From positions 310,001 to 374,000 of the forward strand of contig JALDZX010000011.1 in assembly GCA_022813865.1 (NCBI GenBank): 64,000 bases of DNA, given 5' to 3'. Each line of letters opens with the position of its first letter. Positions within the stretch are counted from its first letter, which is position 1. Under the pieces are notes generated by a model. The model worked only from the letters and a program-made list of their open reading frames with translations, was not told the origin of the DNA and ran no database searches. Below, in pieces: positions 36,883-48,313 of this stretch. The stretch is from Xylographa opegraphella. Its lineage: Eukaryota. Position numbers and translations under genes: made by a program.

Positions 36883-38347
36883 ATGTCAGCCGCCGTCGCT
36901 TCAATCGCACCTCCGCTAGGAGCCCCTCGATCTCAGCATGAAGCAAGTCCCAAGTCCTCGTATCCTACACTTGCACCGTCGAACCAAGCTCCGCTCTCGA
37001 ACGAACGAAGGTCGCCCGGCTCAGCTTCAGCCACGCCTAGCGCACCTGTTGTGATCAGCGAAGGTGCGGCACAGCAGAAGATCTCACCAGATGGCAAACG
37101 ATCACCTCTCTCGTGAGTCCACCTCCTTTCAGCGAACCATACAATCCCACATGACCAGATCTAACCCACTCCCCAGCAGCAGGCAGGGACACCCACCGAA
37201 GATAATCGTCAAGAAGGAGCCACCTTCGTCACCAGAAGTCCCGGCTACTTCCCGACACCGACCTCGTAAGCTTGACCTGACTTCGAGTACTCCACTGAGT
37301 CAGGGCTCTGCGACTTCTCGCCCTTCCGCGCCCTTGACGGCCAGGGAGAGTGCCAGTTTGGGGATGCAGGATGTCGGCATGGCATGTCTCTCCCCGGGTT
37401 TCCAAACGCAAGATCCCAGCATGCGAGAACAATTGCAACGTAGCATCTCGGTTCGTGAACAGCAGCGACATATAATCGAATCACGCCTGCAGAAGTCCGC
37501 CAAGCCCACAGATAGTGGAGGGGAAAGGACATCGGAGCTCAACCCGTTCGGCTCCGGCTTGAAGACTCCGATGACATCGAAAAAGAGGCCGCCACCAGGT
37601 CTCTCAATCGTGCCCCCGTCGCACGAGCAATTTGCCAACGAGCGAGTCATTCAATCGGCGCCGTTGAATCAGAGCTTCACCGGCAGGCACCAACCTCATC
37701 CCATGACTCGTCACACCGCAAATCAACCCTCCAATCTATCTCAAACCTCCCATATCCACCATGTGCCCGCCACCCAGACCCAAAATCGGCTCCCCCCCCT
37801 CGCCGACGTCTTTGCGGGTGAGGGCCTCGGTATCAATCGAGAAGGTACCAGCCGCCCACCATACTATCACTCGAATTCCAATTCGAATTCGTCACACTCG
37901 AACCATCGCCCCGCATTCCCATCGCCGGGTCTCCCCCCTCCCAGTGCCCACCACGGTCCGCCAAGTAGCCGGCCCCGGGAGTACCGCTCGGCAGAAGAAG
38001 CGGTTGCGGAAATGGCGGGAGGTCGTGAGGATCTTCTGCCAAAGATTGTGCACTACGGAGGTCATCAACCACCGACACCACCATCCCCTAGTATGGGCCA
38101 CGGACTCCCCACACATAAGCAAGTGCACCCGCATCCACTCCACGGCGACGCAATGCGTAACGGCAGTGGGCGCCGAAGAGCTCGGATGGAGTACGAGCGT
38201 GATATGGGTACGCCACCGCTCGGAAGCGGCCCAGAACCCCGGAAAGGGCCGTTTGGCGAAGGGCGCGATAGCCCTGAAACCAACAAGAGGAAGAAGGACG
38301 AGTTCCTGGCCTTGTGCTCGCGCGCATGGGAGCTCTTCCATTCTTGA
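36883..38347 (+). CDS. Conserved Pro/Ser-rich disordered protein with MAPK docking-like motifs; candidate Dig1/Dig2-like regulator
   Basis: Exon 36883-37112, intron ending at 37176/37179/37182 (tandem acceptors), exon to 38347. Motifs RHRPRKLDL, CLSPGF..EQLQRSISVREQQRHIIE, KKRPPPGLSI, IQSAPL and C-terminal KKDEFLALCSRAWELFHS. The gene is well supported; its function is inferred. Confidence 0.8.
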
Positions 38348-39087
38348 CGGCTGGGCCTTTTATACACGCCTATGCTGATGCCTGGTGGCGGCGATGGATC
38401 ATGACGGCACCGGAAGAGCTTAATGGGGCTCGCTCTTCTCTTTTGCGGACGCAATCCCACCGATACACCACGGGAAGCGGCGGTTCACTTCTCTTCGCTC
38501 ACTTCAGCTCGCGAACCGGGCGTCTACTAATAGGGGGATGTGGGGGGGTGGCGGTTATGCTTGCGGGTACGCACGGGTCGGGTGGGGGCAATGCTGTACA
38601 TGCTTATGCTTTGCTATTTCTGCCATGGACTGCCTTGTTGCTTTCTTTGTCTCCGCGGTACTATCTCCAGGCGATAATGGACAAACGGGAAGGTGTATTT
38701 TGGGGGGATGGAAAAACTGCGGTTGCGATATGATTGCGTCGGGTAGATGGGAAGGGCGTTGGAGACGGGTCTGGCCGATGATATGGTAGTTTATATGCTG
38801 GGATCCCTTTATTTCGCCTAATTTTCCCACATCGTCGCTCGTGTTGCCGATGCGAGCGTTTCGTGCTCCTGACGCCTGGCTGGGGCGCGCCATGTACTGA
38901 TTGCTATGTCCTCGTTGCCTGTCATGCCGCCACTGCCTCTCATACCCACTGCATCTCATGCCCCCGCTGCCCGCTTCGCAAGCGATTCGCGCCCCGCCAG
39001 CCCAAGCACCACGAGCCTGTCTCCCGCCGGCCAAGCACAGCAGCCCATCTCCCGTCTTCCTCCCATGCGCACCGTTGCCACCACGCT

Positions 39088-39882
39088 TCAATCCAACCCC
39101 GCCCCTATCTGCCCATGGTAGAACTACCCCCCCCATCCGCGTCAGCAGAAATCACCAAATCACCAACCCTCTTCCCTCCCTCTCCCCCCCCCTCCCCACC
39201 ACGAAAAAAAGAAGAAAAAAGCCCACTCACCTCCGCCACCTCCGCCGCCAACTCCTCCCCCCCCTTCCCCTTCCCACTCCCCACCCCCTCCCCCCCCCCA
39301 ACCCCATCCCCCCGCCCAGCCGGTATCGCCCACCCATTGACTCCCCACCACCAGCGCCTCAGCCGCGCGCCCAGGCCCTGCCCCGCATAGCTGGCCGTGC
39401 GGTTCCAGTGCCGCCAGCCGGCGAGGAGGAGTGTCCACAGCGTGCCTTGGAGGAGGGGGAGGAGGACCTGGGGGGGGTGGTTAGGCTGTTGTGGGGGAAG
39501 AGGGGAGGGGGAGGGGAAAACGACTCGCCTGGTCCCGCACCGTCACGTACCCGATCTCGCTCCACCCCTCCGCGCCGCGCAGGCTGGCGAGGTAGCTTTG
39601 CTCGAAGCGGAGGTCGGGGAGGGGGGGGAGGGTGCTGGGGCGGGGGGTGGGGCGGATGCGGGCTGTGGGAGGGGGCGAGTGGGGGGTTGTGGGGGGGATG
39701 GGTGGTGTGCTTGTGGTTGTGGTTGTGGTTGGGGGTGGAGAGGGGGAGGGCCGGGTGAGGGTGACGGGCTCTTTGGCGGACGCGGCGGTGGAGGGGTTGA
39801 GGTCGTGGGTCGGGGACGGGGCGCGGTTGAGGGAGGCGGTTTGGATCGTTTCGGCGATTTGGAGGGGGAGGGAGTTGGACAT
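39088..39882 (-). CDS. DUF1770-family fungal membrane protein
   Basis: QIAETIQTASL..PSPTHDLNPST; LPPLPDLRFEQSYLASL; VRDQ|VLLPLLQGTLW..LAGWRHWN; RRWWWGVNGW. I checked the frame through the G-runs to EELAAEVAE|FYHGQIGAGLD*. Two introns. Confidence 0.85.
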
Positions 39883-40468
39883 TATTGTTGGGGTGAGATG
39901 AGGAGAGGAGGGGGCTGGTGAGGAGGTGGGGAAAGCTGGTTGCTGGATGAAGGGGAAGAGGTTTCTGCTCTGTAGCTAGCTTGGAGGTGAGGTGCTGAGG
40001 ACGACTTATCCTTTATGAGCAGAGATGGTTGGTGCAAGGAGGCTTGCTGCTTAGGTGGTTTAGGCGAAGCTGGGCAAATTTTAGAGGGTGCGACGCCTAG
40101 CTCAGCTGGTGCTTGAGGGATGGCCTGCTCGCCAAACACCCATTAAGCAACATACAGTCTACTTTGTATTTTTCATGCGTGTTTTCTACAGCTGCAAATA
40201 TGCTATATGTAGCCAGCTGGTTTTATCATTGGTAGACTACTATGCCAATATTTCACAATCACAAGCACTCAGTAGAGGAGCCTTTATCCAATACCACATG
40301 TCCCCAACCCTTTTTCAAGGACGCACCATTCCGGCGGCAGACCGATGATGAGATAGGTCTGAGGCATCGCTCAACGGTGGCAGGGTCCTTTTTCAGCAGA
40401 GACAGCAGTTCCGTTGCTTGGACAATACTCTCGAATGTTTGCCCCCACATACGTTCATCTAGATTTTA

Positions 40469-41857
40469 TCATGTCATCGTGGATCCATTACTTGGGCCAA
40501 CTCCGAGTGAGGCTATCCCGTTACCAGCATTTGTCTCCCCTGGTAGCGGCGCGAAGATTGGATGCAATGCATATACAGGCCCTTTGCACTCATCTCCATC
40601 AAATAGTAGAAGATTTTGGATGGGCTGTCCCTTACCGCCCACGACGTTGATCACGTCCTGTGCCAGCTGTCCTCCCAAAAAGGCACAAACCGGTGAGATC
40701 TCGCTACCCAGGTTCTGAAGAAACGAGCGCAAGAATTCTGCACGCAGAGATTCCGTTGGAAGCTGGAGCTCCTTATGCTTCTCCGTAGCTAATTGCGTAA
40801 AGAGCTTGATATTGGCATGAGAAGGAGTGGGATAAGGTGTCTGGACCAAGGATTGGTATTCCCAGAGGGCGCGCAGACAAGATATGAGCGGCGTTACGTT
40901 CAGTTTGCGGCGCATCGACGAGAGTTCGAATTGGGATAATGGAGAACTGTTAGCAAGGACAATCTGTGAATAGATTTCCTCCTTCGTAACTAGCTCGATC
41001 ATCTTTCCATTCTCTTTCTTCGTGGTTGATGCTATCACCCGACGGGTTGCAGTCTCGGGCTTCAGCTGAGTCATGACGTTGGACTGTTCACGCTCGATAA
41101 CGAAGGTGTGCTTTATGAGATCTGCGAATACATAACCGTAGAAGCCAAAGGTCTGGGCGGCATAAAATGGTCGTGAGGAGAGTCGACAGCATGAATTGAT
41201 AGTGGAAAGCGAAACAAGCGGTAAGTCTGTAGCTATGACGAGAGTGAACGCGCTGTAATATTCTGGAGGCTGAAGGAGAACCGAAGTTGTGACGGCGTGC
41301 AGAGCGACACGTGGATTTAGTTTCTGAATCTGTGGAAGGGCTGCCTCCGCACGCTATTGACAAGTCAGTAGGACAGGCATACATAATATCCTAGTATCCT
41401 TACATTTACGCCAATGTGTTGCTCCGATATGAAGAATTGAGCCCCAAGATCATCCTCTGCGACCGGCTGATCATCCACAACAGTGAGCGAGCCGATGCCG
41501 GCCAGTACTAAGTTCTTCGCTATTTCGTTGGCAAGTGCCTTCATCCCTATCAAAAGAATTTTTGCATTTCGAAGCCTTTATGCTCAGTCAGTGAGATCAT
41601 TCTTGTTGCCAAGCTGGAACGATCTCACTTCTCTTGCGCTCTCACTCCCCAAAGGCGTATCTGACGATCATAGAGAGCAATCTCATCTGTGATGCTATAT
41701 TCAGTAGACAATCATTCTATAAGGTCGAATGTTCCATACCGGCGCTGATAGTCTGGCTCTGAGGGTTTTGCGGAGCCAACTCCGAGCTTGTCAATCCATT
41801 TGAAGACTCTCCAGTGGCGGCAGCCAGCCCACTCAATGGTTCTGAAAGATCACCCAT
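40469..41857 (-). CDS. AOS1: SUMO-activating enzyme subunit 1 (Aos1/Rad31)
   Basis: DEIALYDRQIRLWG; ILLIGMKALANEIAKNLVLAGIGSLT; DLGAQFF; SEISPVCAFLGGQLAQDVINV..K.QPIQN. Three introns. Confidence 0.93.
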
Positions 41858-42481
41858 GGCAAAGTGCAGAACTTGCAGCCAATTATGGAGTTTTCCGGTT
41901 CAACCGTATAATCATTCTGGCAACGAGGGTCACAGATATGACTGCTGTTTAAGGATGGAAGACAAGCACCTCACCGATCTCTTAGATGCGCGGTAGCACT
42001 GTAAGGTACCCGCAAAGCGTGATTTGCCCACGGGAGTTAAGCTTCCGGGCGGCTCTTAGGGCGTTAGCGTCTGCCCTATACTTGCCCCACTGCCTCGTGG
42101 CTGCACTTTCATCAGCTTGCCCGGCTCATTCACCACTACTTCCTATCGAACGCACTGCATTCAACCGCCCCGTTGCATCTCTGGCTTCAGCTATTCGATT
42201 GTGAAATTACCAGTTTGCTTTCACTTCTTCTGATGGCCACTGAAACTGCCTTATCTGCTCAGATTGATTTTAGGCTCGAAACGGGAATACTTGCAGTTAG
42301 ACTGCTACAACAATATAATTTATATTGAGACAAAAGCAACCTTCTAACATATCATATACCCTCAACTCTATACAAATCGTCTCGGAGTGCCAAGCTCATC
42401 TGAAAGGTCATCACGCTACAAGCTGAAGACTTGCACGAATTCCCAAATGCAACACTGAGATAGCTCTGAAAGGACGACAGC

Positions 42482-44113
42482 ATGGAAGACCAGACACCGC
42501 AAAGGCACTCCTCTGAAAGGAGGAGCGTCAATACTAGGAACGCAGTCAACGGGCCTGGCTCGGCGAACCGACCTCCTACATTACCACCCGGTATGTCCTT
42601 TCTACAAAGACACCGTCTTCGTCGTCGACGAGATGATGAGAACGCCCTTGCCGATAGTCTTAACACAGTGCAGGATGCTGTGGATAGACTTACAGAGGCT
42701 AGCAGTAACCTGAGCTCACTTCTCGATGAACCTATACCACGAATCTTGACTCCAAATCTCGTTACAGACGGGTACTCAGGCGAAGCGGAAGTCAACAGGA
42801 GTAGGGCAAAACGGAGGAAAATAGACTCTGGTGGCATGTCCCCGATCACAAAGTACGGATATCGTGGCTCTGTAGTACCCGGTCTTCTTCAGATGAGAAT
42901 AGAGAGTTGCGATGGCGGCTACATCCCTGACCCACCGGGTGCTAGGATGATGAGACATTATTGGCCAGAGAACATTCTACAAAACAATAAGAGTGTTTAT
43001 TGTACTGCGAGTGGCGAGTGCAACATTGTGTATCGGCATGCGGGACGGGCTCCTTTTTGCTTGAAAAAGGTGGTGATTAAAGCCCCGAAGGCTGGATTTG
43101 ACGCTCCGTACGGTTGTCTTATTATGTTTAAATAAGAACTGTCGTTGACTTTCATAGGGTACAGGAGGGCATGATATTTGTTTCGATGGCTTTTGAGGAT
43201 CTTTTGAAACGTACCTCGCATTATCATCTTCGAGAACGCCTACCGCCGGTTCCACCTTTATCACGGATGCCTCTGGATTACCGCGACCCAGCAACGGTCA
43301 ATCGAATACCGCTTTATGACGACATTTTCACACGGTCTGGGCATGCACATCTCGCCCAGGATTCTGCCCATGATCGCCCACCTTCGCGGCGAGCAGCGTA
43401 CCCTTCCGCACAAGTTGTTCCAGTGTCAGACTCAAGTAATGGCGCCGTTGGCAATAGGCGGGACTTACATGGAATGGACAACCGTGCTAATGTTATAACG
43501 ACTCCCGTCTTTCCACTGATCGACCTCGGAGATAGCTCGAGTCCTCCACCACGAACCACAAGTCCCACGAATGCACCCCTATTCAATGTCGAAATGTCCT
43601 GTGATGACCCATCAGATGACGAAGAAGAAGAGTCTAGCGCCGGTGTTCTTGCTGATCTCGCAGACCGTTGCCGACGAGAGTATCCACCTCTGACTTCGTC
43701 CTCCTCTGAAGATGACGAGGAAGATGGGGGACATTCGCGCACATTACGAAGGAGGATTCGAACGCTGCGGTCAGCTCCACGGAGTATCGAGTGGAACGTT
43801 ACGATGGGACCCGACACCGAAGTTGGAGGCTTGAAGCCGAAAATGCTGACGCCACATGCAAAGTTTTTCATCGAGCGCAAATCTGGAACAGTCAGCATTA
43901 AATTCGACCCTCCTGTGTAAGTGCTCTGGGTTCCGTATTTCAGATTTCAGTATTTTAAATCAATGACGTGCTAATAAGATTTCTCACAGGTCAGGTAGGT
44001 ACATACTCTTCAAGCTGTGGAGTCCAGCAGAGGGTCAGAATATAGACATTCAAAGCATCATGTGTTACGGGTTTGCTGGGCCACGTTTCTTTCCTTCTGT
44101 TGATTTGATGTGA
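42482..44113 (+). CDS. Conserved fungal hypothetical protein with probable split beta-sandwich (galactose-binding/discoidin-like) domain
   Basis: Three exons joined by GT-AG introns. LQMRIESCDGG..YWPENIL.NNKSVYCT..CNIV..H...F.LKK.VIKAP...VQEGMIFV, then PHAKFFIE...I.FDPPVSGRYIL.KLW....NIDIQSI..YGFAGPRFFP; stop at 44111-44113. Confidence 0.8.
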
Positions 44114-44728
44114 TCGGGCGAATAGTCATTGCATTAGATCCTCCAAGCAGCAGATGTTGGTATGGTGATTGGTTATCTCGTAACATTAGTGTCCTAGCTC
44201 AGCTATGAATTTCTGCATTTGGTGGACACGGCTGCTCCAATACCCATTGTGGCGTTGGGTAGAATCGGTATACCTTGATCATTTACCAGCTCAATACAAG
44301 AAGCCTTTAGATGGTTTAATATGACTGATATGTGATTATTCTGTCGACATTTAAAGCTTTTATTTACTCATTGAGACAAGTACACAGGAATGCCGAGAGA
44401 ATTTCCATTCGCGGAAGCCCTTGGCTCTCGTACAATTGATTTAATTGGATAATATGAAATAAGAATTCAATGCAATCACGATACAACAGGCTTGGTGACA
44501 CGCAACTGCGTTTCACATCAAAATTTCTGCAAATCCGATATTTACATGCTATACGTATACCAAAGACGCTAGAATAACAGCATCTCATCATGGGAGCCTT
44601 TATGCTATTTCCACAGTGGCCAAGCCGAGCGCGAAATCACGAGGCCCGCCCCAATCTTCTTTCTATACACACACTGGCCATTCCTATCCTTTGGAATTAA
44701 TGTGCGGTTTCCTTCGGCCGTTTCCAAC

Positions 44729-45427
44729 TCATCTAGGTTTTGCTTCCGGTTTCCAAGGACTTATCTTCGGTCGTACTCTGTTCAAACCCGGATATCAGCG
44801 TGATAACATAGTGAAGCAACAGCTCCCTGAATATTTCAGATGACTCCATTTTCTGCTACATGTTCATTGCAAATCGAGCACAGGTTTAGAACACGTACGT
44901 CGAATATGGCTTATAAGCAGCTCTTGACGCCGTGTAATTTATCTGATGTTCCTTCGACTCCCAAGGCCGTACTCCAGTGCGAAGGAGGGCGTCTTCGGTG
45001 GGTGGTTTGTCCACGAGGTAGGACATCCAAGCATGCCAGCCCGGTTCTATCTGGTCTCTGTGATAGAGAACAACTAGTCAGTTTGATCAATTCCAACTAG
45101 GCCTTTTATGACAAAGCCACCAATGGTTCCCAGTGTTGTCACGAAGCGGGGACCAAAACGTACGGGCTGTACTCATGATCCTTATAGTCCACCCAACGTG
45201 TCCGGACTATGCACCTAGTCAGTACGGCTTCGTTGGTTCGTCCATGGAGAGTTAGAGAGATACGCACGAGGTAGTTCTTGTTCGACATTCTCGTAGTACT
45301 TGTTGCCATATCGATCTTTGGCGATGAAAGTGCCTGCTTTGGTATCGCCAATGTAGAGGAGCTGGTGGAAATAACCCCTGATACCGACCTTACGGAGATT
45401 CCGCAGCGTTCGCGCAAGCGTAGACAT
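44729..45427 (-). CDS. NDUFA12: Complex I accessory subunit NDUFA12 (B17.2 / N7BM)
   Basis: MSTLARTLRNLRKVGIRGYFHQLLYIGDTKAGT...DRYGNKYYEN..ELP|LRTRWVDY; QIEPGWHAWMSY.VDKPP; last exon TVRPKISPWKPEAKPR*. Three introns. Confidence 0.93.
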
Positions 45428-45532
45428 GGTGAGTGGGGTGTGGATTCCAGAATGATGTATCTGGAAGTTGGTGGAGGGATGTGGCTGTCGCCATGAGCTA
45501 GCGCCAATGTGGATGTGAGCTTTCGGCGAATT

Positions 45533-45540
45533 TGACGTCA
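45533..45540. promoter_or_regulatory. CRE-like palindrome TGACGTCA in the NDUFA12/PGS1 bidirectional promoter
   Basis: Exact ATF/CREB consensus in a 267-bp divergent intergenic region. Confidence 0.35.
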
Positions 45541-45694
45541 AACTTCAAGCTGCTCCCAAGACGACTGTTCGATTGTTCAAGCTAGATCAACTGATGCACA
45601 TACATTGGAGACCTATTATGCTCATATTGATATGAAAGAGCTGTTAAAATAATGGGTGAGCAATTCTGACCCACCGGGTCTCCGCCGAGTCGTC

Positions 45695-47335
45695 ATGCTT
45701 GCCAGGCGCATCACAACCTATGCAATCAAACGGTCTTTTTTGAAGCGATCACAGCAATGGCACATTCGGCAAAGGCAGATGTCGACTACGACACCAGGAG
45801 CCAATCATCCATCATCTTCACATGCTGTAGTCCTTGGAGGCATCACTACAGAGCTCGACCGCATTGCCCCAAGGATTGACCTCAGAGCCGATCAAATTGA
45901 GATTCTTGAGGGACCTAGTGAATTCTACGACACGCTGAAGCGCAAGATAAAACGGGCAAAGAAAAGAATATATCTCTCCACTCTCTATATCGGCAAATCG
46001 GAGCATGAGCTGGTCTCGTGTGTCCGCGAGGCACTTCAGCAGAACAAAGGCCTCAAGGTCTCTATTTTGACAGATGCTTTACGTGGTACCCGCGAGACAC
46101 CCGAGCCTTCGTGTGCGTCCCTTCTCTCCCCACTGGCTGCGGACTACCCAGATCAGGTAGAAATAAGGATGTATCACACCCCAAATCTGACAGGACTTCG
46201 AAAGCGATTCATTCCCAGGCGCATTAATGAAGGGTGGGGCCTCCAGCATATGAAGCTCTATGGTATTGACGATGAAGTTATTCTCTCGGGTGCAAATCTA
46301 TCAAGCGATTACTTCACCAATCGTCAGGATAGATATCACATGTTTTCCTCGAAGCGGGTAGCGGATTGTTTTGCTCGAATCCACTACACCATGTGTAGAG
46401 TCAGTTTTCTCCTGGAACCCAGAATTCCATCTGGTACATACGATCTTGTATGGCCTGAAAACAATTTGGCTCCATCACCTCTTGATGATCCGAAGTCCTA
46501 TACAACAGCCACCACTGAGCTTTTCAAGCCCCTGGTCGCCGCCTCTCCATCCTCTGAAACTCCGTCGTCGTCACGAAATACAGCCTTCAATACCACCATA
46601 TACCCTCTCCTCACGATACCTCGTTCCCTCAATAATGAACTTCCTGCTCTTCAATCCTTGCTTTCCACGCCTCTGCCCAATGGCTCATCTTATCTCTTCA
46701 CTGCCGGATATTTCAACCCGCATCCCGCCATCACTGCATCTCTTCTGACCGCGTCTAGTAATCTTCAAGCCTCTAGCGAAAGCCGCACCCCCATCTCAAC
46801 CACAGTTCTGACGGCAAGTCCATGGGCCAACGGCTTCTACGGTTCCAAAGGCGTCTCCGGCATGCTCCCTCCTGCTTATACCCTTCTATCTCGGCGCTTT
46901 CTCCATGCTGCTAACCAGACCGCACCTGGCACTGTAACGCTTTGCGAATGGCGCCGCGGGACGGTTGGACTTATGGATGGGTGGACCTACCACGCCAAAG
47001 GTCTGTGGTTGACACTTCCATCCTCTGCTGCATCCCGGACCCAGAAGACCAAAGAGTCTTCCGAGGCGATGCCGTCACTTTCTACTGGGCCATCCGTCAC
47101 GATCATAGGATCTTCCAACTATACTGTTCGTAGCTACAGTCTGGACGTGGAAGTCGGCGCCATAGTGGTCACGACTGATGCTGGACTGCAGGAGAGACTG
47201 AGGAAAGAGGAAGAGAATTTGTTACAGTACTCGAAGGTGGTCACCGAGGAAGATCTAAAAGGTGGAGAGAGAAGGGTTGGGTGGCGGGTAAGAGTTGCGA
47301 TGTGGATTGTCAGGATTGTTGGGGGTAGCCTCTGA
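45695..47335 (+). CDS. PGS1: CDP-diacylglycerol--glycerol-3-phosphate 3-phosphatidyltransferase (PGP synthase)
   Basis: Basic mitochondrial presequence; LSTLYIG; DALRGTR; EGWGLQHMKLYG.DD..ILSGANLSSDYFTNRQDRY; TAGYFN; ANGFYGS; WTYHAKGLW; IGSSNY..RS..LD.E. Intronless. Confidence 0.96.
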   Translation: MLARRITTYAIKRSFLKRSQQWHIRQRQMSTTTPGANHPSSSHAVVLGGITTELDRIAPRIDLRADQIEILEGPSEFYDTLKRKIKRAKKRIYLSTLYIGKSEHELVSCVREALQQNKGLKVSILTDALRGTRETPEPSCASLLSPLAADYPDQVEIRMYHTPNLTGLRKRFIPRRINEGWGLQHMKLYGIDDEVILSGANLSSDYFTNRQDRYHMFSSKRVADCFARIHYTMCRVSFLLEPRIPSGTYDLVWPENNLAPSPLDDPKSYTTATTELFKPLVAASPSSETPSSSRNTAFNTTIYPLLTIPRSLNNELPALQSLLSTPLPNGSSYLFTAGYFNPHPAITASLLTASSNLQASSESRTPISTTVLTASPWANGFYGSKGVSGMLPPAYTLLSRRFLHAANQTAPGTVTLCEWRRGTVGLMDGWTYHAKGLWLTLPSSAASRTQKTKESSEAMPSLSTGPSVTIIGSSNYTVRSYSLDVEVGAIVVTTDAGLQERLRKEEENLLQYSKVVTEEDLKGGERRVGWRVRVAMWIVRIVGGSL

Positions 47336-48313
47336 GATACTAGAAAAAAGATTCAGATCCGAGGAGAATGACAAATCAACACTTCGATGTTTGTCAGGAA
47401 CAGATCAATAAGGGCAAGGTTCATGCAATGCAAGCACGGCACTGGCTGCTTGCTTGGTGACACTTCCGTGGTGAAGCGAAGATCAATTGTACTTCCCCGA
47501 AGAATCGGAGTGACAGTTGAAAACCCTCGAGAGTCTCACGTGAGGTGCGAGAGGACTTGTGACTGAATTGTGTCTTGTGCTACGTTGACTGATAGACTAT
47601 CACTTCTACTTAATACTAATGATACCTCTACGATCTTGAAACCTGATAACGGTAGAGTGTTATCTACGTCCAAGTCGTTTGATCACGCCCTTCCACCCGA
47701 CTTGAGAACTCGTGTGCTCTCAACTCTTATTGGATGTATCCTCTAAAGTACGAGGTACTTCGTCTGGACTTACTTCTTGGTGTTGGAGGATTCTCCGAAG
47801 GCCGCAAACGAAAACCGCTCGCCGGATCATTCCATGTTGGGGACTTTGGTCTCATGATGAAGTTGTGAGCGTAAAACCGGCTTCCATTATTGGAGTCGTG
47901 TACCTTATTTCGCTTGCATGCTGGGTTGCGGAGCATTGTAATCGAGTAACTGGTGGATGAATTAGTACGTGAGGGTTTCTAAGAATCTAAAGACATGTCG
48001 CTTCGGTACATCCAAGAACAACAGTTGTTAGTACCCATACTTACCTTAATCAATGTTCATCATATTTCAATCGTAGCTACCTCACGGCCATAGTATCTCG
48101 ATGTACTTTCTCGAAAGTGGTAGATAGTAGCGGCCATGACCATAGGGCTAACCTGCCAAGACCACCTAATCCAATCACCACTAGACACTTTCTGGGCCTA
48201 GCGCCGCCAATGAGCTGGAGATTCTTCACACGTCCTGCCAACGAACAGACCCCCATCCTCCCAAGCCCACCCCTCAACCCACGAACAGAGCTCGCCCGCT
48301 CCAGCTGCCCAGC

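Noticed and set aside
48037..48049. ATACTTACCTTAA, matching the U1 snRNA 5' end
   Set aside because: No U1 stem-loop I/II (ATTGCAC) or Sm site follows; likely chance or a minus-strand donor-like sequence.
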